Source: Candidatus Eiseniibacteriota bacterium (GTDB lineage: Bacteria > Eisenbacteria > RBG-16-71-46 > CAIMUX01 > VGJL01). From it: a stretch of DNA of 64,000 nucleotides. This document shows positions 1 to 8,607 of the stretch, piece after piece. Both the position numbers and the translations under genes were made by a program. Numbering within the stretch: position 1 is the stretch's first letter; the number at the start of each line of letters is the position of its first letter. The stretch is from the NCBI GenBank assembly GCA_963792585.1, contig CAWBWI010000001.1:192001-256000 (forward strand), given 5' to 3'. The notes under the pieces are model-generated. The model had not been told where the DNA came from, made no database searches, and worked only from the letters and a program-made list of their open reading frames with translations.

Positions 1-1323
1 CTCACGACGCATCCATCCAATCTGATCGTGGTCAAGGGCACCGGCCAGATCGTCACGCGGGCGACCCTCGAAACCGGCCTGAGCGGAAACGATGCCATGG
101 CCAATAGCTCCCCTTCGCTCGCCGATGTCGACGCGCTCGGGGACTACGAGATCTTCATTGCCACGCGCAACTACCTTTGGGCCTGGCGATACAACAAGGT
201 GACGCACACCCTGCAGAAGGTCTGGACCGAGAGACAGATCCCGAAGCTTCCGAGCAACTGGACCGAGCCGACGCCCGCGATCGGCGATGTCGACGGCGAC
301 GGGATCCTCGATGTCGTGGTCAGTGCCGGAGGAGGCAAGCTGATCGCGGTCAATGGGCAAACCGGTGAGCCTCTGAACCAGACGTGGCCCTTGTCGTTGG
401 TGCAGTCGGCACGCAAGTTGGGATCTCCGATCCTGATGAACCTCGATGCGAATGAACTCACTGCCGAGATCGTGGTCGGGGACAACGACGGCCAGGTCCA
501 CGCCGTGAACGCCGCGGGGCAGGATCTGCCCGGATTCCCGTACTACGCCGGCGGGAGAATCCAGCACGGACTCGCATGCTGGGACGTGGACCGCGACGGA
601 TTCTCGAACCTCCTGATCCAGTCCGAGCAGCTTCCTCAGGTCTACATCCTGGACATTTCGAACGTGGCCTTCCCGATTGAGCAGGATTTGGCGATGGCGC
701 GGAACCCGTGGACCTCGTTCCGCCACGACGGCCGAAACACCGGGCGCCTGCCGGCCCATGTTCTAACCCCCGTCGCGCAGTTCGACCTTGCGGCGAACCC
801 GGATGCGGGGGCCGCGGTGTTGCGCTGGCAGACGCCGGGACAGCCGGATCTGTTCCAGGTGCTGCGGCGGGAGTCGGACCTTTCCTGGAGCGTTCGCGCC
901 GAGGGACCGCCCTCGGAGTTCGCCGTGGATGGGCAGTACGGCTTCCGTGAGGCCGTCGAGGCGGGGGAGTGGACCTATCGGATCGCCGGCCTGGACAGCC
1001 AGGGACGCGAGCTGATGCGAAGCCTCGAGGCGACCATCTCGATCGCGCCCCTGCGACTTCGGCTGCTCGGGGCGATGCCGAACCCGTTCCGTCCGATGAC
1101 GAGCTTCCGCATCGAGTCTCCCGGCGGGGCGGCGCGGCTGGAGATCCTCGATCTCGGCGGGCGTCGCGTTCGCAGCATCTCGAGCGAAGGGACCGCGGGA
1201 CGGCGCGACATCGTGTGGGATGGACGCGACGACGCGGGGCACTCGGTCGCAGCCGGAGTGTACCTCGCGCGGTTGCGGGGCGCGGCGGAGTCGCGCAGCC
1301 TCAAGGTCGTCCTCTTGAGGTGA
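1..1323 (+). CDS. FG-GAP/VCBS-repeat secreted protein with C-terminal FlgD-Ig/T9SS-like domain (5' partial)
   Basis: Frame is open from base 1. Repeated DVDGDG/DLDxxG motifs, WTSFRHDGRNTG, and C-terminal PNPF...DLGGRRVR...WDGRDDAG...GVYLARL. Confidence 0.8.
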   Translation, partial: LTTHPSNLIVVKGTGQIVTRATLETGLSGNDAMANSSPSLADVDALGDYEIFIATRNYLWAWRYNKVTHTLQKVWTERQIPKLPSNWTEPTPAIGDVDGDGILDVVVSAGGGKLIAVNGQTGEPLNQTWPLSLVQSARKLGSPILMNLDANELTAEIVVGDNDGQVHAVNAAGQDLPGFPYYAGGRIQHGLACWDVDRDGFSNLLIQSEQLPQVYILDISNVAFPIEQDLAMARNPWTSFRHDGRNTGRLPAHVLTPVAQFDLAANPDAGAAVLRWQTPGQPDLFQVLRRESDLSWSVRAEGPPSEFAVDGQYGFREAVEAGEWTYRIAGLDSQGRELMRSLEATISIAPLRLRLLGAMPNPFRPMTSFRIESPGGAARLEILDLGGRRVRSISSEGTAGRRDIVWDGRDDAGHSVAAGVYLARLRGAAESRSLKVVLLR

Positions 1324-1392
1324 TTTGGAATTGGGGTTGCTCTCGAGGCCGGTCGATTTCTAGAATACCGACTCTGGCCCAATGATTCGTGC

Positions 1393-1466
1393 TGGGGAGT
1401 CGTCCAGCGGTAGGACACATGACTCTGGATCATGGAACCGGGGTTCGAGTCCCTGCTCCCCAGCCA
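1393..1466 (+). tRNA. tRNA-Gln(CTG)
   Basis: TGGGGAG/CTCCCCA acceptor stem, anticodon arm CATGA-CTCTGGA-TCATG, GGTTCGAGTCC T-arm, 3' CCA. Confidence 0.95.
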
Positions 1467-1484
1467 CTTTGAAGACAACGAGTT

Positions 1485-1520
1485 AGCCCCGTCGTGTTGA
1501 GCGGCGGGGCTTTCGTTTTT
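1485..1520 (+). terminator. Intrinsic terminator after tRNA-Gln
   Basis: AGCCCCGTCG...CGGCGGGGCT hairpin followed by TTCGTTTTT. Confidence 0.75.
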
Positions 1521-1709
1521 GGCCCGGGCCAGCACCTGGGCTGACAGATCGGGATTAGGAGATATCAGGGTCCGGCCCGTTCCCGTCGGTCGTTGATCCC
1601 CGCTGCGTCAACGCCTGACGTCCCTGCCGGTAGTAGAATCGACGGGCGCTCATTCGCACCGAACCACCGAAGGGGGGACCTACCGTGAAGGCCGCGATCG
1701 TCGTGTCGG

Positions 1710-1997
1710 TCACCCCCAGCCAATTCGGCCACATCCTGCAGTGTCAGATCTGCTTCCAGCGCCTCCATCACCAAGATCTTCACTTCCAGCGGCGCTGGCT
1801 GCGACCTCTTCACCGAACTCTTCGCCGCCTGCACGGCCCCAGCGTCGCCCTGCCGAGGGGCCTTCGGCCGGCTGCTGTGTTTGCTCCAGAACCCCGTTTC
1901 TTGTCCCTCCTTATCCCTGACCTGTCCGGTCTAGGAATGAGGGACGTGTCAACTATTCCAGGACCCAGGAGGGGGACACGAGTAACTGGACGCTACA
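1710..1997 (-). mobile_element. Possible IS481-like left end with truncated transposase N-terminus
   Basis: Minus strand starts TGTAGCGTCCAGTTAC (TGT-type IS end), followed by an HTH-like peptide PLEVKILVMEALEADLTLQDVAELAG that breaks off. Confidence 0.35.
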
Positions 1998-2328
1998 AGG
2001 TCGCCCCAGCCCTCGGGGTGGTGGTTCATCAGCCTCTTGATCAGTCTGCCGGCTTGACGCACACTCTTGACCGTCGCAAACGGCGACATGGGGTAACTCC
2101 TTTCTGTGGTCCCTCTAGACCCACATGGGAGCTACCCCTTCTTTCTGCCTGACACAAGACCTGATACATCACCGGCGCGATGCGGAGGGTCGAATCCGTA
2201 ACCAGAATCACGTACAATGGATGGGCCGTCGTCCGACGGCTCACGATCCATGCGCATCCGGGACCCACACAGCCCGGCTGGTGGGTCCGGGAACGCATCG
2301 GCATTGGTCTCCGCGCGGAGGAGCAAAC

Positions 2329-5300
2329 ATGCGAAGCAGCAGGGTCCTCATGGCCTCGTGCCTGTTCTCCGTCTCGATCGCCGCCCTCGGCCTCGTCGCC
2401 CTCGGTCGTCAGAGCGACAGGATTCAGGTGGGTGGCCGGGAGTTCGAGCGAATCGAGCTCCAACTCAACACCTTCACCCGTAGCACCCAGTCGGAGGTCG
2501 CCCTCGACATGGCCGAGGACGGCGCGGTCGTCGCGGCGTGGGATAGCCGACGGCAGGACTTCGGAACCTACGGTGTGTTCGCGCGCTGGGTGGACTCATC
2601 GGGACGGCCGCGTGGGCCGGAAGAACAAGTCAACATCGAGAGACGTTCGATGCAAATGAGGCCTGCTGTCTCCCTGGACAGCGAGGGGGGCGCGGGGTTT
2701 GCGTGGCAGTCGCTGAACCAGGACGGTGAGGCAGGCGCCATCATGGGTCGCCTGACCGGGGATGAGCGAATCCTTAACGCAAGGACGGCGGGAGACCAGT
2801 CTGAGGTCGCCATCGACCGCCTCGCGGACGGACGATTCGTTGCCGCCTGGAAGACGATTGGACACGACCCAACGCAGACGACGATTGCACTGCGACTCCT
2901 GGCGGCAGACGGAACGCCGTGTACCGACGAGTTCCTCTTCGATCCGCCTAATGGCATGCAGGATCATCTCCCATGCGTCGCTTCCGACAGGCTCGGGGGC
3001 TTCATCGTGGCCTGGGCCCGCATGCGGGCCGAACCCCACTCCAGCCAGATCCGGGCTCAACGGTTCGATCGCGAACTGAGTCCGTCCGGAAGCGAGATCA
3101 TGGTGAGCCAGCCCGGGGTCACTGCGATCGAACCGGCGATCGCCGCGGATGCCAGGGGAAGATTCGCGGTCGCCTGGCTCGAGTACAGCTGCTCGACGGA
3201 GTATGACGTCATGACCCGCACGTATGAGGCCAACGGCTCCGCTCGAACCCTACCCACATCGGTCTGCTCCGATCCGACGGGTTGGCAGAGTGGCGCGGCC
3301 ATCGCGATGGCCGCGGACGGGCGCTGCCTCGTGGCATGGAACAACTCGCTGGACGGCGGTCTCGATTCCGATGTCCATGCGCGTCTCATCGATGCCACGG
3401 GCAAGCCTGAAACGAGCGACTTCCGCGTGAATGCTCACGCGGAGGGTCCGCAATCTCTCTCCGCCGCGACGGGCGTGCGCCGTGTCGCGCTGGGCGAGGA
3501 TGGGCGGATGGCCTTTGCCTGGCACGGCGACTCCGGACACGGCGACGACTCCGCAGCGAATCTCACGGTGTTCGCTCCCCGAGGATCCGGTCTCGGTCAT
3601 GATCTCGCGGGCGGCCTGCGTCTGGGGAGCGCCTACGTGGCTTCCATTCTGCAGAGCCGGACTCCGCACCTCGAGATGACCGCCCTGCCCTACATCCCTC
3701 CGACCTTCGATGCATCCGCCCGAGGACCGCTCCTGGATTCGGAGCCTCTGGTTCTGGGAGATCGCGAGATCGGTTTCACCGCTTTCACGAACACCGGCTG
3801 GACTCCGCCGGATCCCCACATGGCGGCCGGGCTGAACCACGTGATGGGAATCGTCAACGGCGGGATCGTCGTCTACCAGAAGAACGGGACGCTGGTCTGG
3901 CAGGAGGACATATCTGACGCGGGTGGATTCTGGGGCGAGGTCGGAGCCACCAACTTCGTCTTCGATCCGGAGATCATCTTCGACCCCTTCGAGAACCGAT
4001 TCATCGCGATGGCCAATGAGCGAAGCACCGACAACCGTTCGATGTTCCTGCTGGCGATCTCGAACGGCAGCGATCCGAGCAGTCAGACGGCCTGGCACAA
4101 GTACCGGTTCGACGTCACCGCTCTGGGAGGCAGTGACACGGACTCGCCAAACATGGCGGTCGATCGAGACGCGATCTACATCTCGGCGGACTTCTTCACG
4201 CCGGGAGAGAAGTACCTGGTCTACATCATCGACAAGAGCTCTGTGATCGACGGAGGATCCGCGGTCACCCGGAGCGTTCTCCATACCGGCTCCCAGTCCT
4301 TCGGGATTCCGGTGATGTACACGGATGATGCTCCGCGAATGTACATGATCGAACACTTCGAATCGGATCCATCGGCCACCGTCCGGTTGTGGGCGATCAA
4401 CGATCCGCTCGGGGCACCTTCGCTCACGTCCTTCACACTCTCCGTGCCGAGCTACTATCGCCCCGCGAATCTCCGCTCCCTGGGCACCACCGTGCAGCCG
4501 CTGTCATTCGACGCCCGTTTCTGGAGTTGCATGTACAGGGACGGCTCCCTGTGGGCGGCGCACCACGTGTCTCTCTCGAACAGCCCACGGGTCACCGTTT
4601 CCCGCTGGTATGAGATCGAGATGAACGGCTGGCCGCTCTCCGGGGACAACCCGACGCTTCGGCAGTCGGGCACCGTCGCGCCGGCCGACCAGGTGTACTG
4701 CTCCTTCAACTCGATCTCGGCGGACGAGAACGGAAACGCGGTGATGGTATTCGCTCGGTCCTCCACCACTGAGTACTTCTCGATCGCGAGAGCCTACCGG
4801 TTCGCGGGGGATCCACTCGGTTTCATGAACCCGCCGGAGTTCGTCAAGCAAAGCGCCTCCCCTTACGGCGGAGATCGATGGGGAGACTACAGTGCGGTGG
4901 TCGCTGACCCCGTCGAATCGGGCATGTTCTGGATGCATCACGAGTACACCCCGGGATCCAACTCATGGCACACATGGATCTCCGGAGAGCTGATCAATCC
5001 TCCGGGATCGTACCTCTCGCTGGGTGGGGCCCGGATCAGCGACGATTCAGTCGGGCAATCGGACGGAAACAACGACGGGAATCCGAATCCGTCGGAGACG
5101 ATCGAGGTCTGGGTGAACCTCCGCAACATCGGCCAGGTGGCTGCGACCGGCTTGAGCGGCGAGCTGACATTGGTCGGAGGGCAGGCCACGGTCCTGCAGG
5201 GGAATGCGAGCTGGGCCGACATCCCACCGGGCGGAGAGGGGGAGAGCCTCACTCCGTTCGTCTTCAGCATCTCGGAAGCAGTGCCCGATGGTGAGATCCT

Positions 5301-6588
5301 TCCGTTCGTCCTGAACATGACCAACGACCTCGGAGTGCAGGAGATCGACGTGCCTCTGGTCGTCGTCGCACCGAACCTTGCATACCAGTCCCACCAGATC
5401 GACGACGCCAGCCACGGAAACGGGAACGGCATCCCGGAGCCCGGGGAGGTCTTGGTGCTTCCGGTGAGGCTCGTGAATGTCGGCGGTCAGGCTGCCGTGG
5501 ATATCGAGGCGGGTCTCTCGAGCAGTGATCCGGACGTCGTGATCATCGACGGGGCGGGGTTCAGCAGCCGCATCGACCCCGGAACCGAGGGTGCCCTCGC
5601 TCCTCCGTATCGGATTGTCGTCCCCTCCAACGCCGTCAGTGGAGACGTCCTTTCGTTCGACCTCGCGATCACGGCCGCCTCCGGGTATGCATCCGTCGGG
5701 GAGTTCTCGGTGCGGGTCGGCAGCGCGTTCTTCGACGACGTGGAGGCCGATCTCCACTGGACGCTCTCCTCGGTGGGCGACAATGCGGCATCCGGCCAGT
5801 GGGTGCGCGTTGACCCGAACGGGACATACCAGACCGGACAGATTCCGGTGCAGCCGGAGGACGACCACACGCCCGCCCTGGGGACGATTTGCTTCGTGAC
5901 GGGCCAAGGCACACCCGGCGGCGCGGTCGGTGAGGCGGACGTCGACGGAGGCATTACAACCCTGACGACACCGACGCTGGATTTGACCGGGGTCACACAG
6001 CCGTCCGTTTCCTACTGGTGCTGGTACACGAACAACCTCGGCAACAACGGCGGTCAGGACGTCTGGCTCGTGCAGATCTCCAGTGATGGAGGTGGGTCCT
6101 GGGTCGACCTGGAGAGTACGACGGAATCCCACAACGCCTGGGAAGAGAGATCATTCCTGGTGAGCAACTACATCACGCCCACGAATCAGGTCGTCGTGCG
6201 GTTCGTAGCAAGTGATACCGGGAGCGGCTCGCTCGTCGAGGCGGCGGTCGATGACTTCTCGGTCACCGGAGAGGCCGGCGTGGTCGCTGTTGATGATGAG
6301 CATGCAGTGGGGTTTGTCCGACTCAATCCGGCAACGCCGAATCCGATGGGCGATCAGACGACCCTGAGCTTCACGCTTCCGGGACGAAGCCTCGTCCAGA
6401 TCCGGGTCTATCGAGCCGATGGCCGTCTCGTGCGCACCATCGTCGACGGCACTCTGCCATCCGGACTTCACCGGGTGGTGTGGGATGGACGCACCCCAGG
6501 CGGCGAGGACGTTCCCTCGGGGATTTACTTCATCCAACTCACCGCGGGCGATGAGGTGCGAAGGGGGCGGTTGGTGATCCTGCGCTGA
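2329..6588 (+). CDS. Large secreted multidomain protein: N-terminal propeller-like repeats, PPDP...RWGDY domain, two Ig-like repeats, MAM-like jelly roll, FlgD-Ig CTD
   Basis: GGAGGA RBS before ATG 2329 and a signal peptide. Repeats of QxxVAxxxDGxFVxAW, NPSET/EPGE Ig-type repeats, and C-terminal PNPM...DGRLVR...WDG...SGIYF. Confidence 0.8.
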   Translation: MRSSRVLMASCLFSVSIAALGLVALGRQSDRIQVGGREFERIELQLNTFTRSTQSEVALDMAEDGAVVAAWDSRRQDFGTYGVFARWVDSSGRPRGPEEQVNIERRSMQMRPAVSLDSEGGAGFAWQSLNQDGEAGAIMGRLTGDERILNARTAGDQSEVAIDRLADGRFVAAWKTIGHDPTQTTIALRLLAADGTPCTDEFLFDPPNGMQDHLPCVASDRLGGFIVAWARMRAEPHSSQIRAQRFDRELSPSGSEIMVSQPGVTAIEPAIAADARGRFAVAWLEYSCSTEYDVMTRTYEANGSARTLPTSVCSDPTGWQSGAAIAMAADGRCLVAWNNSLDGGLDSDVHARLIDATGKPETSDFRVNAHAEGPQSLSAATGVRRVALGEDGRMAFAWHGDSGHGDDSAANLTVFAPRGSGLGHDLAGGLRLGSAYVASILQSRTPHLEMTALPYIPPTFDASARGPLLDSEPLVLGDREIGFTAFTNTGWTPPDPHMAAGLNHVMGIVNGGIVVYQKNGTLVWQEDISDAGGFWGEVGATNFVFDPEIIFDPFENRFIAMANERSTDNRSMFLLAISNGSDPSSQTAWHKYRFDVTALGGSDTDSPNMAVDRDAIYISADFFTPGEKYLVYIIDKSSVIDGGSAVTRSVLHTGSQSFGIPVMYTDDAPRMYMIEHFESDPSATVRLWAINDPLGAPSLTSFTLSVPSYYRPANLRSLGTTVQPLSFDARFWSCMYRDGSLWAAHHVSLSNSPRVTVSRWYEIEMNGWPLSGDNPTLRQSGTVAPADQVYCSFNSISADENGNAVMVFARSSTTEYFSIARAYRFAGDPLGFMNPPEFVKQSASPYGGDRWGDYSAVVADPVESGMFWMHHEYTPGSNSWHTWISGELINPPGSYLSLGGARISDDSVGQSDGNNDGNPNPSETIEVWVNLRNIGQVAATGLSGELTLVGGQATVLQGNASWADIPPGGEGESLTPFVFSISEAVPDGEILPFVLNMTNDLGVQEIDVPLVVVAPNLAYQSHQIDDASHGNGNGIPEPGEVLVLPVRLVNVGGQAAVDIEAGLSSSDPDVVIIDGAGFSSRIDPGTEGALAPPYRIVVPSNAVSGDVLSFDLAITAASGYASVGEFSVRVGSAFFDDVEADLHWTLSSVGDNAASGQWVRVDPNGTYQTGQIPVQPEDDHTPALGTICFVTGQGTPGGAVGEADVDGGITTLTTPTLDLTGVTQPSVSYWCWYTNNLGNNGGQDVWLVQISSDGGGSWVDLESTTESHNAWEERSFLVSNYITPTNQVVVRFVASDTGSGSLVEAAVDDFSVTGEAGVVAVDDEHAVGFVRLNPATPNPMGDQTTLSFTLPGRSLVQIRVYRADGRLVRTIVDGTLPSGLHRVVWDGRTPGGEDVPSGIYFIQLTAGDEVRRGRLVILR

Positions 6589-6787
6589 TATCGTCATCGC
6601 CTCCAACCCTGCTCGCTTCACGGGCATGGGGGCGTCGACCGGAGTGCCCGTACCGGAGCCGCTTGTTGGCGTGGCCTTCCTGGCGCTCGCACTGGCGGGT
6701 TTCAGGTCATGGCTCTGGATCGTCGTGCAGAGCCGCGTGGCGCCGGTGACCTCGAACGTTGGGCTTCCATGACAAGGGGAACGGGGC

Positions 6788-7345
6788 GTGAGCGTTGATC
6801 ACGAGCGAGTCTGTCCGGTCGAGAGAGCGGGGAGTCTCGACAACATCTGGCGAAAGTGGCTTCAGGATCCCTACAAGATACTGACATCCCATGTCCGCGA
6901 GGGCATGACGGTTCTGGATGTCGGCTGCGGCCCGGGGTTCTTCACGATTCCAATGGCGAGGCTTGTCGGTGAGACCGGTCGCGTCATCGCGGCGGACCTT
7001 CAGGACGGCATGCTGGAGGCGGTGAGGAAGAAGATCTCCGGTACGGAACTCGAGGGGCGACTCACGCTACACCGATGCGGCGTCGACAGGATAGGAGTCC
7101 CCGGGCCAGTGGACTTCGTCCTGCTCTTCTACATGGTCCACGAGGTTCCCGACAAGGCGGGGCTCTTCGGCGAGATCGCGCAGATGCTGCGTCCGGCGGG
7201 ACGGGCGCTCATCGTTGAGCCACCGCTTCATGTGTCGCGCGCGGCGTTCGATCGCACTCTCGTAAGCGCAAGGGCGGCGGGTCTCACGGCGCTTCGCGGA
7301 CCCAAGGTGTTTCTGAGCAAGACGGCGCTGCTCGTGAAGGGATAG
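6788..7345 (+). CDS. Class I SAM-dependent methyltransferase
   Basis: VLDVGCGPG motif I, VHEVPD, LRPAGRALIVE. Confidence 0.9.
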   Translation: MSVDHERVCPVERAGSLDNIWRKWLQDPYKILTSHVREGMTVLDVGCGPGFFTIPMARLVGETGRVIAADLQDGMLEAVRKKISGTELEGRLTLHRCGVDRIGVPGPVDFVLLFYMVHEVPDKAGLFGEIAQMLRPAGRALIVEPPLHVSRAAFDRTLVSARAAGLTALRGPKVFLSKTALLVKG

Positions 7346-7432
7346 CAGAACGCTGCCGCGGGGCGGCGGTTCCTCGGAATCATACCGTTGCGGCGGTGGG
7401 GTTCGCAGGGTATCTTGCGCGCCCCTCACTCC

Positions 7433-8436
7433 TGTCCCTCCTGCAAACCCCGTCCGGCTTGGCCTGCTTGCGGTTAGCCTGATCATCTCGGCAGCGATGC
7501 TTCCATGTTCTTCATCATCTTCCGTACCCCGATTTCAGTTCTTCAGTCTCAGCGCGCGTTGGCTGTCGAGAACCTCACCTTGCGCCATCAACTCATTGTC
7601 CTCCAACGAACAGCAAGGAAGCCACGCCTCCGGCGAGGGGATCGCATCCTCTGGGTGCTCCTGTCCCGGTACTGGGCCACCTGGCGGCAGTCACTAACCA
7701 TTTTGGGAAATCACGCGAAGGAGATCGTCTCGATCGACTTCTTCACGGTCCCGACAGTCACGTTCCGGGTGTTCTTCGTGTTCCTCATCCTGAGCAATCA
7801 CCGGAGACGAATCCTCTACTTCAACGTAACGGCGAACCCGAGTGCAGCCTGGACGGGGCGGCAGTTCGTGGAAGCGTTCCCGTGGGATACGGCACCGAGA
7901 TATCTGATCCGGGATCGGGACGGGGTCTACGGGAACGAATTCATCCATCGCGTTGAGGGCATGGGGATCGAGGAGGTACCGATCTCGGCTCACTCGCCTT
8001 GGCAGAACCCCTACGTGGAGCGGATTGTTGGGTCGATTCGACGCGGGTGCTTGGATCACGTAATCATCTTCAGCGAGAGACATCTGCGGCGCGTGCTCCG
8101 ATGCTATCTCGAGTGCTACCACGGATCGCGCACCCATCTTGGGCTGGAGAAGGATTGCCCAGTGCCGAGACCGGTCGAGCGGCGCGAGCTCGGAACCGTC
8201 TGCGAGGAGCCAATGGCTGGCGGACTCCACCAGAGGTACTTCCGCCGAGCGGCGTGACGGCCACCATCGACCCATCCACCTGGTGTCAACTGTCGCTGAG
8301 TTTCGCTGGCCCACCCCTATCGAAACCGCCCATGGAACTCCGGGCTCCCCTCGACTATCATCAAGCGCGCGAGATCCAGGCAGCCGGTGGGGTCCATCGA
8401 CCGTTCTTCGACCGGCCGGTGTTTGCAGGAAGCACG
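7433..8436 (+). mobile_element. IS-like element (rve integrase-core family) with imperfect terminal inverted repeats
   Basis: 7434-7457 GTCCCTCCTGCAAACCCCGTCCGG matches the reverse complement of 8412-8435 (GTGCTTCCTGCAAACACCGGCCGG) at 20/24, flanking the integrase-core ORF. Confidence 0.7.
7505..8257 (+). pseudogene. Integrase-core (DDE, rve) transposase with in-frame internal deletion
   Basis: SIDFFTVPT, YLIRDRD, SPWQNPYVER, CLDHVI, GGLHQRY motifs. WRQSLTI joins directly to LGNHAKE, so the usual HTH segment is missing. Confidence 0.75.
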
Positions 8437-8607
8437 AGCCGATGCAGCGGCTGGGAATGTGCCACGTGAAGTGGCCGGACTTGACGCACATGTACATGCG
8501 GTGCATGAATGCGGCAGATCCGCCCAGGTGCGGCGTGACTGGATTCTCGCGGAGAACGGGTTGATGGGCATGGGGCCAGCAGTCGCTTCGCCCTTGAAGG
8601 AGACGGC

